Virus record (IMG/VR): IMGVR_UViG_3300002461_000488
Span: 1 to 37,307 of that record
Reading direction: 5' to 3' (one strand)
Source of the DNA: a virus
DNA length: 37,307 nt
Part shown: one piece after another, positions 7,807-17,201 of the stretch
How the letters are laid out: each line of letters opens with the position of its first letter
How positions within the stretch are numbered: the first letter of the stretch is position 1
Made by a program: the position numbers and the translations under genes
Notes under the pieces: model-generated
The model's database searches: none
Seen by the model: only the letters and a program-made list of their open reading frames with translations
Told to the model about the DNA's origin: nothing

Positions 7807-9781
7807 ATTAAAAGGTAAATATAATAAAACTTCTTTTTTAGAAAGTTTTAAAAATGGTTTAAAACCAGATGATCCGATTACTGTTTCACAATTTACAGAA
7901 AAACATATTTACTTGCCTGAGAATAGTGCAATGCCTGGTTTAATTAATTTAGATATAACACCATATTTTAGAAAACCTTTGGACGATTTAACACCAGGTA
8001 ATAAAATTAAAAAAATAGTTGTTATTGGTTGTGTTCAAATAGGTAAATCAAATTTAGGTTTATGTTTTGGTTTATCTATGATGAAAATAAGCCCTGGTAA
8101 TACTATGTTTGTATTGCCTCGTATTGGAGATGCAGAGGACTTTTCAACAGAAAGATTGACACCAATGATTAAAGCAAGCCCTATACTTGCTGATTTAATT
8201 AAAATGACTGGTAAAAGCCCAGATAATAAGGTTGCAAAGAAAACATATAAAGGTGGTTTTATATTTTTTGCTGGTGCTCAAAGTGCGGCCTCTTTTAGAA
8301 GTAAACCTATTCGTTTTTTATATATGGATGAAATTGACGAATACCCTCCAGATTGTGAGGGACAAGGATCACCTATTGCTTTGGCTGAAAATAGAACTGT
8401 TTCTTTTAAAGATACTAAAAAAATTGTTTATACTTCAACACCTACGGATGAAAATTCTTTAATTAATAAAGAGTATGAGAAAGGAACAAAAGAAAGGTAT
8501 TATTGCCCTTGCCCAAAATGTGGTGGTTTTCAATCTCTAAAATTTTTAACTAATTTAAAATATGAAACTGTTGATAATCAAGATAAAGAATTAGTTAAAG
8601 ACTCTGTTTATTATGAGTGTGAATTTTGTCAACATAAAATTAAAGAAGTTTATAAAAGAGATATGTTAGTTAATGGAGAATGGAGGGCTGATAAACCTGA
8701 TGCTGATTTTCCATCTTATCGTTTAAATGCTTTGTATAGTCCTTTTATTACTTGGGATGATACTGTTAAAAAATATTTACTTGCAAAAAAAGAAAAATCA
8801 GAAATGAAAACTTTTGTAAATACTTATCTTGGTGAGATTTATGAAGAAGAACAATCAAAATTAGATTCTTTTAAATTATATCAAAGAACTAAAAATAATA
8901 TTTTAAAAGAATTAGAATTAGATCCAAGAGTAATTTGTTTGACTGGTGCAGTTGATACACAGGATGACCGTTTAGTTATTGATATTAAAGGTTGGGGTAA
9001 AAATGAGGAATGTTGGACAGTTTATTATAAAGAAATTTACGGTAATACTGAAAAAGATGATAATGTTTGGAATACAATTAAAGAAATTGTAGAAAGACCA
9101 TTTAAACATCCAAGTGGTATTGATTTGTATGTTCGTTATTGTGCTATTGACGCTGGTGGACACAGAACACAAAAGGTTTATGATTTCTGTTCTAAAAATC
9201 CTAAATTTAAAGCAATTATGGGATCAAGAACAAAACAAAAAACTTTATTAAGTGTTCCAAGAAAACAAGATATTATTTATAGAGGAACACATAGAAAAGA
9301 TGGTATTGATTTAAGTTTTGTTGGTACAGAAATAGCAAAAGAAGAAATTTATTATCGTTTATCAATAGAACAAGAGGGTGCTAAATATATACATTTTAAT
9401 AAAGATTTAGATCAAAGATATTTTGATATGTTAATTAGTGAAAAATGTATAACTGTTTATAAAAAAGGTTATCCTTTTAAAGAATGGAAATTACCAAGTG
9501 GTGCAAGAAATGAATCATTAGATACTTTTGTTTATAATTTTGCTATTGCAAGAGCATTATGTCATATAGAACTATTAGATGATAAAGTTTATGAAGAACA
9601 GTATAAAGAAATGTTTGGAGATTTTGGAAAAACTTTTCTTAAAGAAGAAAAAAACGAAGAAGATTTAATAAAAGAACAAAATATTAAAAAAATAGAAACT
9701 ATTAATAAACTTGCTAAAAAAACTAAAAATATTGGTGGTTTTAAAAATGGTGGTGGATTTATGAAAAAATATAATAAATAA
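7784..9781 (+). CDS. terminase large subunit, lambda GpA family
   Basis: TPYFRKPLDDL, Walker A-like GCVQIGKS, Walker B FLYMDEIDEYP, and a Zn-ribbon CPCPKCGG...CEFCQH. The start could be 7784 or 7790. Confidence 0.85.
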   Translation: MIMIKTNKLKGKYNKTSFLESFKNGLKPDDPITVSQFTEKHIYLPENSAMPGLINLDITPYFRKPLDDLTPGNKIKKIVVIGCVQIGKSNLGLCFGLSMMKISPGNTMFVLPRIGDAEDFSTERLTPMIKASPILADLIKMTGKSPDNKVAKKTYKGGFIFFAGAQSAASFRSKPIRFLYMDEIDEYPPDCEGQGSPIALAENRTVSFKDTKKIVYTSTPTDENSLINKEYEKGTKERYYCPCPKCGGFQSLKFLTNLKYETVDNQDKELVKDSVYYECEFCQHKIKEVYKRDMLVNGEWRADKPDADFPSYRLNALYSPFITWDDTVKKYLLAKKEKSEMKTFVNTYLGEIYEEEQSKLDSFKLYQRTKNNILKELELDPRVICLTGAVDTQDDRLVIDIKGWGKNEECWTVYYKEIYGNTEKDDNVWNTIKEIVERPFKHPSGIDLYVRYCAIDAGGHRTQKVYDFCSKNPKFKAIMGSRTKQKTLLSVPRKQDIIYRGTHRKDGIDLSFVGTEIAKEEIYYRLSIEQEGAKYIHFNKDLDQRYFDMLISEKCITVYKKGYPFKEWKLPSGARNESLDTFVYNFAIARALCHIELLDDKVYEEQYKEMFGDFGKTFLKEEKNEEDLIKEQNIKKIETINKLAKKTKNIGGFKNGGGFMKKYNK

Positions 9782-9845
9782 AGTAAATATGGATTTTTAA
9801 ATATTTTTAAATTAAGATATAATATTAGAAAAAAAAGAGGATAAT

Positions 9846-10415
9846 ATGAATAATGTAAAATTTCCAGATCAAATATATCAAAGTGACAGTATTATTTGTG
9901 AAGATTATTATGAAGATTTTTTACCAAGTCAAAATTGGGTAATGGAATATGCTTTAATTAATGGAACAAATAATAAAATAATTTTAACACAACCATTATT
10001 TGTTACAGCAAATATTTTAACTGATAAATATGATATAAATGTCACAAGTATTCAAAGTTCAATTTTTGAAATTGGTATTTATACATTAAATGCTATTTTT
10101 ACAAATACTTTAACAAGTGAAAGACAAACAAGAAGTATAAAAAGAGTTCAAATATTAGAAGATTTAATAACAGCAATAACAGTTGATGATAGAAGTTGGG
10201 CAGAAAAAGCACTCGATAATGTCATTGCTGTAATTGAAAAAACAGCAAATCCTCAACAAAAAATGTATGAAATAGACGGTAGAAAGTTAGAAGTTTTTAG
10301 TTTAAAAGAATTATTTGAGTATAAAACTATATTACAAAATGAAGTTAATAAAATTAATAGTAAAAAAAGTGGAAAAGGAAGAGGTAAAATATATTTAAAA
10401 TTTACAAATAAGTAA
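9846..10415 (+). CDS. hypothetical protein between TerL and portal
   Basis: ORF with RBS agagga. The position matches the gpW slot of lambda but the protein is much larger. No motif recognised. Confidence 0.5.
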   Translation: MNNVKFPDQIYQSDSIICEDYYEDFLPSQNWVMEYALINGTNNKIILTQPLFVTANILTDKYDINVTSIQSSIFEIGIYTLNAIFTNTLTSERQTRSIKRVQILEDLITAITVDDRSWAEKALDNVIAVIEKTANPQQKMYEIDGRKLEVFSLKELFEYKTILQNEVNKINSKKSGKGRGKIYLKFTNK

Positions 10416-10522
10416 AAATTATATATAGTAATAATTAATTAATTGTTTTTTTGGTTAAAAATAGTTAATTATTTATGGTATTTTGTTAAAATTGTTAAAA
10501 AAAGTTAAATAAGGGGAATTTT

Positions 10523-12151
10523 ATGAGTAAAGAAAATAAAAACACTTTTCTAAATAGATTAGGAAGTTTTGTAGGTTTTGGTAAAAAAGAAGAAAAAATA
10601 TTAAAAAAATCATTTAATATTGCTAAAAATAATAGATTAAATAATAGTTTTAATGTATCTAAAAGTGATATTAACAGTGATGTATATACAGACGGTTACA
10701 GATTAATGGTTATTGCTCGTAATTATGAGAAAAATAATCCATTTGTAAGAAAATTTTTAAATGTTATGGTTTCAAATGTTATTGGTGCTACTGGTTTTAC
10801 TTTATTTGTAAGAGGTGCTGATTATAAACCTGAAACTGTTGATAATAAAACAATATATAAAGCATATATTGATGAATATGCTAATAAAGTTGTTCAAGAT
10901 TCATTTTGGGATTGGACAAAAAAAGGGAATTGTGATCAATCTGGTGTTTTATCATTACAAGAAATTGAGGAATTAATGGTAAGACAACTTATTCGTGATG
11001 GAGAGTTTCTTATTGTAAAACATAAAGGTGGTAAAGAATTAAATAAATGGGGTTTTAAATTACAACTTATTAATAATGAAAGATTTGACCGTTATTTATC
11101 TGGAACTAATCCAAAAAATGGTAATAAAATAGTTATGAATGTTGAATTAGATGAAAACAATAAAAGAATTGCTTATTATTTTAGTAAAGTTATTGTTTCA
11201 GTAGTTCCAGGAATGCAACAACCAAGTTCAAAAAAACAAACAGATTTTGGTAATTATATTAGAGTTGAGGCAAATGATTGTTTACATATTTTTAAAGCAA
11301 CAGACGCAGAACAATTAAGAGGTTATAGTCATTTAGTGGCTGGTTTAGAAACATTAGAACATTTGGAGGGATACCAAGAGGCTGAACTTGTTAATGCTCG
11401 TGCAAGTGCTGGTAAAATGGGTTTCTTTATTAGTAATGGACAGAATGTTGAACAATTAGATATTGCAGATTATGAAACAGAACAAGGCGAGTTTATTAGT
11501 GAAGTAGAACCTGGAACTTTCCACGTTTTACCTAATGGATATGATTATAAAGAGAATAATCCAAATTATCCTCAAACATATGATAAATTTGTTAAAGTTA
11601 ATTTAAGAACTGTTGCAAGTGCTTTTAATATTTCTTATGAAGAATTAGCAAATGATAGAGAAAATGTTAATTTTTCAAGTATTCGTGCTGGTATGATTTC
11701 TGATCGTGAGATATTTAAATCATTACAAACTTTTTTAATTGAAAATGTTTTAGATAATATTTATGAAGAATGGTTAAAAAATTCATTACTTAATAAAGCG
11801 ATTATTTTTCCAAATGGTGCTGTTTTATCTTTTGATAAATTTGATAAATTTAAAGTACATCAATGGAGAGGTAGAGGTTTCCCTTATGTAAATCCAGAAC
11901 AAGATATAAATGCAAGTATCAAGGCTGTTGCATTTGGTTTATCAAGTAGACAAAGAGAGGCTGAAAAATTAGGTATTGATATACAAGAAATATTTGATGA
12001 ATTGGCTTGGGAAAAACAACTTGCTGAAAGTAAAGGTATTAACTTATCAAATGCTGAAAACGTTTTAAGTGCTGGTAATACAGAAAATCCAGCAGATAAA
12101 GAAAATCAAAATAATGATAATACAAACAATATTAATAATGTAAAAAAATAA
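10523..12151 (+). CDS. portal protein, lambda family
   Basis: NNPFVRKFLNVMVSNVIGATGF and NVNFSSIRAGMISDRE resemble lambda gpB-type portals. Size and position fit. Confidence 0.8.
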   Translation: MSKENKNTFLNRLGSFVGFGKKEEKILKKSFNIAKNNRLNNSFNVSKSDINSDVYTDGYRLMVIARNYEKNNPFVRKFLNVMVSNVIGATGFTLFVRGADYKPETVDNKTIYKAYIDEYANKVVQDSFWDWTKKGNCDQSGVLSLQEIEELMVRQLIRDGEFLIVKHKGGKELNKWGFKLQLINNERFDRYLSGTNPKNGNKIVMNVELDENNKRIAYYFSKVIVSVVPGMQQPSSKKQTDFGNYIRVEANDCLHIFKATDAEQLRGYSHLVAGLETLEHLEGYQEAELVNARASAGKMGFFISNGQNVEQLDIADYETEQGEFISEVEPGTFHVLPNGYDYKENNPNYPQTYDKFVKVNLRTVASAFNISYEELANDRENVNFSSIRAGMISDREIFKSLQTFLIENVLDNIYEEWLKNSLLNKAIIFPNGAVLSFDKFDKFKVHQWRGRGFPYVNPEQDINASIKAVAFGLSSRQREAEKLGIDIQEIFDELAWEKQLAESKGINLSNAENVLSAGNTENPADKENQNNDNTNNINNVKK

Positions 12152-12205
12152 TAATTGATTATTAAATAATAATAAAATATAATTTTAAAAAGAGGAATTA
12201 TTAAA

Positions 12206-14209
12206 ATGAAACAAATTGAGAAAAATTTTAAATCATATGGTGTTAGAGCATATGAGATTTCTAAAAGTAATATAGATACTGAAAGTAGAACTATAACAGT
12301 AAGTGCATCAAGTGAAACACCATATAAAAGATATGATGAAGAATTAGGAGAATACTGGGAAATTTTAGGACATAATAAAGAAGAAGTTGATTTATCAAGA
12401 CTTAATAATAAAAGTGCTTTTTTATATGAACACGATCCAAAAAGACAAATAGGTGTTAATGAAAGTGTTTATTTAAATGAAACTTTAAAACAAATTATAG
12501 CAAAAGTTAGATTTAGTAAAAATGATTTTCCAAATGAAGTATTTAATGATGTAATTGATGGTATTCGTTCTAAAATTTCCATTGGTTATAAAATAAATAA
12601 AGCAATTATTGTTGGATATGATGAAAATAATATACCAATAGTTAGAGTTATTGATTGGACTGGTATGGAAATTTCAAGTGTTTCAACACCAGCAGATGAT
12701 TCTATTGGAGTAATTAGATCTATAAGTAATGAAGAACAAAAAACAAGTATTAAACTTATGGTAGAAGTTAAAGATGAATTACCAAATGAAATAAAAAATG
12801 AAGATAATTTAAATCCAAAACTTGGAGAAGAATTACCTAATTTAGAAGTTGAAAAAGAAAAAAATAATGAAAAACTTGATATTGAAAATAAAAAAAGCGA
12901 TAATAATTTAAATATTGTTATAGAAATTATTGACAATAAAAGTAAAAATAGCGAAAATATAAAAAATGGAGCAAATAATATGAACTTACAAGAAATTTTT
13001 AAAAAGGCTGAGGCTTTTGGAGTAGAGGATAAAGTTGTTAATTCTTTTTTAAGAACTGGTAAAACAGAAGAAGAATTTGACAATTTCGTTAAAGAACACA
13101 ATTCACAAAAAACAAAAGGAATGAATATGGACCAATTAGGATTAAATACACAAGATAAAGAAATTAAGGAATATAATTTATTCCGTGCTATTAATAGTTT
13201 GATTTCTGGACGTGATTGCCAAGAGTTAGAAATGTCTCGTGAAATCGCTAAAAAATCTGGACAAGAAATCCAAGGTTTGGCTTTACCTTTATCTTTCATT
13301 AAAGCAAGTGCTTTAAAATCAATTAAACACCGTGCTTATAATACAGCAGGAGCAGACGCAAGTGGTGCAAGTAATTTAGTTGCTGAAATATTAGACGCTA
13401 CAAACTTTGTTGATATTTTAAGACCACAATTAAAAAGTGCGGCTCTTGGAGTTAGAACAGTTTCAGGTTTAGTTGGAGATTATGCAGTTCCAGTTAAAAC
13501 TTCTGGTATGTCTAATACTTGGGTTGGAGATTCTGGTGCTTCCACTGAGTCAAGTGCAGTTTTTGATAAGAAAGTTTCTAAACCAAAAATGTTAGTTTCT
13601 GAAACACAATTGTTTGAGTTATCAATGAAACAAATGACACCTGATGCACAATTCCTTGCAATGGACGATATGATTAAAGCAAGAGCAGTTGAATTAGATA
13701 GAGTAGTTTTTTGGGGTTCTGGTGCAAGTAACCAGCCAAATGGTGTAGGTAATACAGCAGGTGTTCCAGTAATTGCAATGGGTACAAACGGTGGTGCTAT
13801 TACTCGTAATGCTTTAATTGATTTAATGAGTGCATTAGGTAATGTTGATGCAAACGTTGATGGTGCAAGATTTGTATCAAACTTTAAAATTAAAGCAGCG
13901 TTAATGAAATTACAAGCAGATGCTGGTTCTGGTTTATTTGTATGGGACGAGTTCAAGGATATGTTCCAAATTACAAACAACATACCAAGCAACCTTGTTA
14001 AAGGTACTTCTGGTGCTGTATGTTCTGGTTTAATTCTTGGTGACTTCTCTGATGTATGTATTACTGAGTGGGGTGTTCCAGAGTTGATTGTTGACCAATT
14101 CACATTGGCAAAATACGGTAAAGTAAATATCTATATGAGACAAGCAACTGACGTTTTAGTACGTAGACCAGCAAGTTTTGCAGTAATCAAAGATATTACC
14201 ACAGCATAA
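12206..14209 (+). CDS. fused prohead protease (S78/HK97-type) - K/E/N-rich linker - HK97-fold major capsid protein
   Basis: The N-terminus has FLYEHDPKRQIG and SKISIGY (His/Ser protease motifs). The C-terminal ~400 aa resemble an HK97 capsid protein (ILRPQLKSAALGVRTVSG...WVGDSGA). An in-frame ATG at 12980 is preceded by aatggag. Confidence 0.8.
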   Translation: MKQIEKNFKSYGVRAYEISKSNIDTESRTITVSASSETPYKRYDEELGEYWEILGHNKEEVDLSRLNNKSAFLYEHDPKRQIGVNESVYLNETLKQIIAKVRFSKNDFPNEVFNDVIDGIRSKISIGYKINKAIIVGYDENNIPIVRVIDWTGMEISSVSTPADDSIGVIRSISNEEQKTSIKLMVEVKDELPNEIKNEDNLNPKLGEELPNLEVEKEKNNEKLDIENKKSDNNLNIVIEIIDNKSKNSENIKNGANNMNLQEIFKKAEAFGVEDKVVNSFLRTGKTEEEFDNFVKEHNSQKTKGMNMDQLGLNTQDKEIKEYNLFRAINSLISGRDCQELEMSREIAKKSGQEIQGLALPLSFIKASALKSIKHRAYNTAGADASGASNLVAEILDATNFVDILRPQLKSAALGVRTVSGLVGDYAVPVKTSGMSNTWVGDSGASTESSAVFDKKVSKPKMLVSETQLFELSMKQMTPDAQFLAMDDMIKARAVELDRVVFWGSGASNQPNGVGNTAGVPVIAMGTNGGAITRNALIDLMSALGNVDANVDGARFVSNFKIKAALMKLQADAGSGLFVWDEFKDMFQITNNIPSNLVKGTSGAVCSGLILGDFSDVCITEWGVPELIVDQFTLAKYGKVNIYMRQATDVLVRRPASFAVIKDITTA

Positions 14210-14223
14210 TATTAAATAATAAG

Positions 14224-14257
14224 AAAAACCCCTAATTTAGGGGTTTTCTTTTTTTAG
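14224..14257. terminator. bidirectional terminator AAAAACCCCTAATTTAGGGGTTTT
   Basis: CCCCT/AGGGG stem flanked by an A-run and a T-run, between convergent genes. The same element recurs at 17164 and 22545. Confidence 0.75.
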
Positions 14258-14265
14258 TAAATTAT

Positions 14266-14442
14266 TTATATCCATTTACCTTTTGTATTTTTAATTATAT
14301 ATTCATTTTGTTGAATAATAATTGAGTTAAGTTTTAAATTAATTTCTTGATATTGTTTTATTGTAAATAATAATGAAAAATTTAAATAAACAACAAATGT
14401 AATAACTAAAACAAATAAACTTAAAATAATTTTTTTAAACAT
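14266..14442 (-). CDS. small membrane protein (58 aa), third gene of the antisense cassette
   Basis: Hand translation: MFKKIILSLFVLVITFVVYLNFSLLFTIKQYQEINLKLNSIIIQQNEYIIKNTKGKWI, with one N-terminal TM segment. ATGTTTAA overlap with the upstream ORF. Not in the ORF track. Confidence 0.5.
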   Translation of the reverse strand: MFKKIILSLFVLVITFVVYLNFSLLFTIKQYQEINLKLNSIIIQQNEYIIKNTKGKWI

Positions 14443-14530
14443 TTTTATACCCCTTTTTTAATGATAATCTTAATTCTTCTTTTCCCATTTCTTTTAAAAT
14501 GTTTTTAATCCATAAATATATTTTTTTCAT
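14435..14530 (-). CDS. small basic peptide (31 aa)
   Basis: Hand translation: MKKIYLWIKNILKEMGKEELRLSLKKGYKNV. RBS aaggagat lies 5 nt upstream. Confidence 0.45.
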   Translation of the reverse strand: MKKIYLWIKNILKEMGKEELRLSLKKGYKNV

Positions 14531-14539
14531 AATATCTCC

Positions 14540-14635
14540 TTATTTTTTATATTGTTGAAAATAAATTAAAACCATAATACTTACTATATCAATAACAACT
14601 AAAACCTTTAATAAATAAACATATTGCTCTATCAT
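14540..14635 (-). CDS. small hydrophobic peptide (31 aa)
   Basis: Hand translation: MIEQYVYLLKVLVVIDIVSIMVLIYFQQYKK. RBS aaagga upstream, and first gene after the class-A promoter. Confidence 0.45.
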   Translation of the reverse strand: MIEQYVYLLKVLVVIDIVSIMVLIYFQQYKK

Positions 14636-14662
14636 AATAAATCCTTTTTAACTTATAATTAT

Positions 14663-14691
14663 ATTTATACTGGTAATTTTATAAAAGTCAA
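14663..14691 (-). promoter_or_regulatory. class-A promoter on the minus strand
   Basis: The reverse complement reads TTGACTTTTATAAAATTACCAGTATAAAT. Confidence 0.6.
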
Positions 14692-14713
14692 TAAAAACTT
14701 TAAAAAAGATTGA

Positions 14714-14741
14714 TTGATTTTATTATTTATTATGATATAAT
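14714..14741 (+). promoter_or_regulatory. class-B promoter TTGATT-16nt-(TG)aTATAAT restarting the structural operon
   Basis: TTGATT at 14714-14719 and TATAAT at 14736-14741. Nearly the same 30-mer occurs at 17795-17822. Confidence 0.6.
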
Positions 14742-14767
14742 TTTTTATATATCAATAAAGGATTAAT

Positions 14768-15010
14768 ATGGATACAGTAAAAGTAAAACTTTTAACACAC
14801 ACAATTTATGATTTAGAAGTAAAAGAACCAGGAGATGTTTTAGAGGTTTCAAAAGCATTTGGTTTAGGTTTAGTTCATACTAAACAAGCAGAACTTGTTA
14901 AAGTAGATAAAAAACAAGTTGGAGAAGAAGTTAATTTAAAAAACACAGAAACAACAGAAGTTGAAAATAAAGAACAAGTTCAAGTTGTTACTAAAAGAAA
15001 AGGTAAATAA
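14768..15010 (+). CDS. small head-associated protein (FluMu N-terminal-domain-like?)
   Basis: VKVKLLTHTIYDLEVKEPGDVLEVSKAFGLGLVHTKQAELV resembles small Mu-like head-module proteins. Position follows the capsid gene. Confidence 0.4.
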   Translation: MDTVKVKLLTHTIYDLEVKEPGDVLEVSKAFGLGLVHTKQAELVKVDKKQVGEEVNLKNTETTEVENKEQVQVVTKRKGK

Positions 15011-15015
15011 TTATT

Positions 15016-15336
15016 ATGTCAAGAACACCATTTTATATAAATGAAGATTTAGATATTTTCTTTAAAGGTGCTTTTTCAGAGGACTGTATTTTAGTAAGTA
15101 ATCGTAATAATATTATTGATTGCTTATATACTGAAAGGTTTGGTTTTATTAATGGATTTGACCAGGATGTTAATGGTGTTTCTATTACTGTAACTTTAAA
15201 AAATTCAGATATTGAAACAAACCAAATTAAAAAAGGTTATTTATTAAAAATAAGAAATATTGATTTTATGGTTAGAGAAGTTAGAAGAGATGGTAATGGT
15301 ATTTCTGTTTGTGAATTAGAAAAAATTAAAGATTAA
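15016..15336 (+). CDS. putative head-tail connector/adaptor protein
   Basis: Assigned from size and position only. Confidence 0.4.
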   Translation: MSRTPFYINEDLDIFFKGAFSEDCILVSNRNNIIDCLYTERFGFINGFDQDVNGVSITVTLKNSDIETNQIKKGYLLKIRNIDFMVREVRRDGNGISVCELEKIKD

Positions 15337-15364
15337 AAAATAATAATAAGAGAAAAGGCTTGGT

Positions 15365-15640
15365 ATGGAACTAAAAAGAAAAAGTGTAAAGAAAAAACAA
15401 ATTAAAGTTGAATATATAAAAATTAATAATTGTAATTGTTTATTATTCACATTAGAAAAACCTTTTTATCAAATAATAATGGGTGCTACAAATACTGTAA
15501 GTTTTTGTGAAATAGAAAAAATAAGAGAAAAAGTTTGTGCTATATTTCAAAACTCAACTCGTGAATATGTTTATTGTTTAGAAGATGATATTAAATTACA
15601 AGTTGAAAAAATGGAAAATGATTTTTTAGGAATTAAATAA
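15365..15640 (+). CDS. hypothetical Cys-rich protein in the connector block
   Basis: ORF whose stop overlaps the next start (ATAATG). No motif recognised. Confidence 0.4.
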   Translation: MELKRKSVKKKQIKVEYIKINNCNCLLFTLEKPFYQIIMGATNTVSFCEIEKIREKVCAIFQNSTREYVYCLEDDIKLQVEKMENDFLGIK

Positions 15641-16113
15641 TGGCTACAATAAGTATTAGACAGCAAATTAAAAATAAACTTGTTGAAATTTTAACTGGTT
15701 TAACAGTTAATAGTAAAAATATAAATGTTTTTTTAAATGATCCTTATGCTTTGGAAGAAGATGATTTACCAGCAATTTGTATACAAACAGTAAATAACAC
15801 TATTATACATAACACGGTTGGTTATCCAAGAACACAAGAAAGAATACTTAATATTGATATAACTTGTATTTATCAAGCAACAAACGATTTAGACGATATA
15901 ATTGAAGAGTTTACAACAGTAGTTGAAACGGCTTTAAATCAAGATGAAGATTCAATTATATTAAATAGTAGTGGGAATATAATAACACAAACTAAAATTG
16001 ATAATATTGATTTTAGAGATTTTTCAGAAATTGCTACTAAAACAGCAGGAACTATAATTAGTTTTGTTGTTGAGTATATTTGTGTTGAAAATGAACTAAA
16101 AGCAGATATATAA
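15640..16113 (+). CDS. putative tail completion/terminator protein (DUF3168-like)
   Basis: The N-terminus IRQQIKNKLVEILTG...DDLPAICIQ resembles the DUF3168 pattern. It lies directly upstream of the tail tube gene. Confidence 0.45.
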   Translation: MATISIRQQIKNKLVEILTGLTVNSKNINVFLNDPYALEEDDLPAICIQTVNNTIIHNTVGYPRTQERILNIDITCIYQATNDLDDIIEEFTTVVETALNQDEDSIILNSSGNIITQTKIDNIDFRDFSEIATKTAGTIISFVVEYICVENELKADI

Positions 16114-16208
16114 TAAAAATATTGAATATATATTTATATTTAGTTATACTATATTTGATTTTTAAGAAAATAAAACTTAAAATATAAAAAACAATGGAGT
16201 AATATATT

Positions 16209-17147
16209 ATGGCAAAAGCAAGTGGATCAAGAGTTAAATTTAACATAGGTAAAGAAACTACTATGGGAACACCAGCGACAGCAATGCAGACTTTAAAATC
16301 TGTGGTTGTTGGCGAGAGTTTAAATTCAAGTGCAAGTGAATTACAATCACAAGCAATTACAGAAATTAGAGATATTTCTGGTTTAAGAAATGGTTTGTAT
16401 TCAGTTTCTGGTACTTTGGGTGTTGAAATTGCAACAGAGGGAACAGAAATATTTTTTGAAGGTCTTTTAGGTGCAAAAACAGTTACTGGGGCAAGTGCAC
16501 CATACACTAAAACTTATAGAAGAGCATCAATTATACCAAGTTATACTATTGAACGTGTATATACAGGAACAACACCTTTAATGACACAAGTTTATTCTGG
16601 TGTAAAAGTTAATCAAATGAACTTTACATTTGAACCAGGATCATTAGTAACAGCATCAACAGATATTATAGCAATGAAGTCAGAAAAAGGTACAGCAGTT
16701 ATAGACGCTACACCAGAAGAATTTGTACATATTCCTTATGCTGGTATAGATGCTAATTCTATTAAAATTAATGGTGTAACTACAAAAGTAATTAAAGGTA
16801 CTTTAACTATTACTAATAATTTAGAGGCTACAAACGTTTTAGGTTCTCAATTTGCAGATGATGTAGTTGAGGGAAAAGGCGAAGTAATGGGTGAGTTTGA
16901 TTTGTATTTTGAAAATAGAGTACATTATGATTTATTTGATACTGAGGCTGTTTTTGAAGTTGAAATAGTTTTAACAAGAGGAACAAAAACAATAACAATT
17001 ACTATACCTAATGCTAAATTTTCTGGAAATAGAGATATACCAGTTGCAACAGATAAAGCCCTTATTGCTACATATACTTTTAAAGGTATACAAGATACAG
17101 CAATAAACGGAGCAGTTGAAATATTTGTAGTTAATGATAATGCTTAA
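16209..17147 (+). CDS. major tail tube protein
   Basis: Position lies between the connector genes and the chaperones. Abundant-protein codon pattern, strong RBS aatggag, and a beta-rich S/T/G/V composition. Confidence 0.6.
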   Translation: MAKASGSRVKFNIGKETTMGTPATAMQTLKSVVVGESLNSSASELQSQAITEIRDISGLRNGLYSVSGTLGVEIATEGTEIFFEGLLGAKTVTGASAPYTKTYRRASIIPSYTIERVYTGTTPLMTQVYSGVKVNQMNFTFEPGSLVTASTDIIAMKSEKGTAVIDATPEEFVHIPYAGIDANSIKINGVTTKVIKGTLTITNNLEATNVLGSQFADDVVEGKGEVMGEFDLYFENRVHYDLFDTEAVFEVEIVLTRGTKTITITIPNAKFSGNRDIPVATDKALIATYTFKGIQDTAINGAVEIFVVNDNA

Positions 17148-17163
17148 TTAAAGCAATAAAAGA

Positions 17164-17188
17164 AAAAACCCCAATTTGGGGTTTTTCT
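17164..17188. terminator. bidirectional terminator AAAAAACCCCAATTTGGGGTTTTT
   Basis: CCCCAA/TTGGGG stem with a flanking A-run and T-run, between convergent genes. Confidence 0.75.
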
Positions 17189-17201
17189 TATTTATTTATA
17201 T

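Noticed and set aside
8232-8462. 76-aa alternative-frame ORF inside TerL, and similarly 18861..19073 inside the 230-aa gene
   Set aside because: These are same-strand out-of-frame ORFs nested in longer, better-supported genes, with no RBS.
12586-13299. 237-aa minus-strand ORF antisense to the protease-capsid gene
   Set aside because: The product is low-complexity S/F/L-rich, as expected from the mirror image of a K/E/N-rich sense frame. It has no RBS or promoter, and the sense gene has clear family motifs.
13480-14103. 207-aa minus-strand ORF antisense to the capsid domain
   Set aside because: It lies entirely inside a well-supported HK97-type capsid coding region and has no start context. 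It is an antisense open frame caused by codon bias.
16058-16507. 149-aa minus-strand ORF overlapping the tail tube gene start
   Set aside because: It overlaps two well-placed + strand genes and their intergenic promoter and RBS. It has no RBS of its own.
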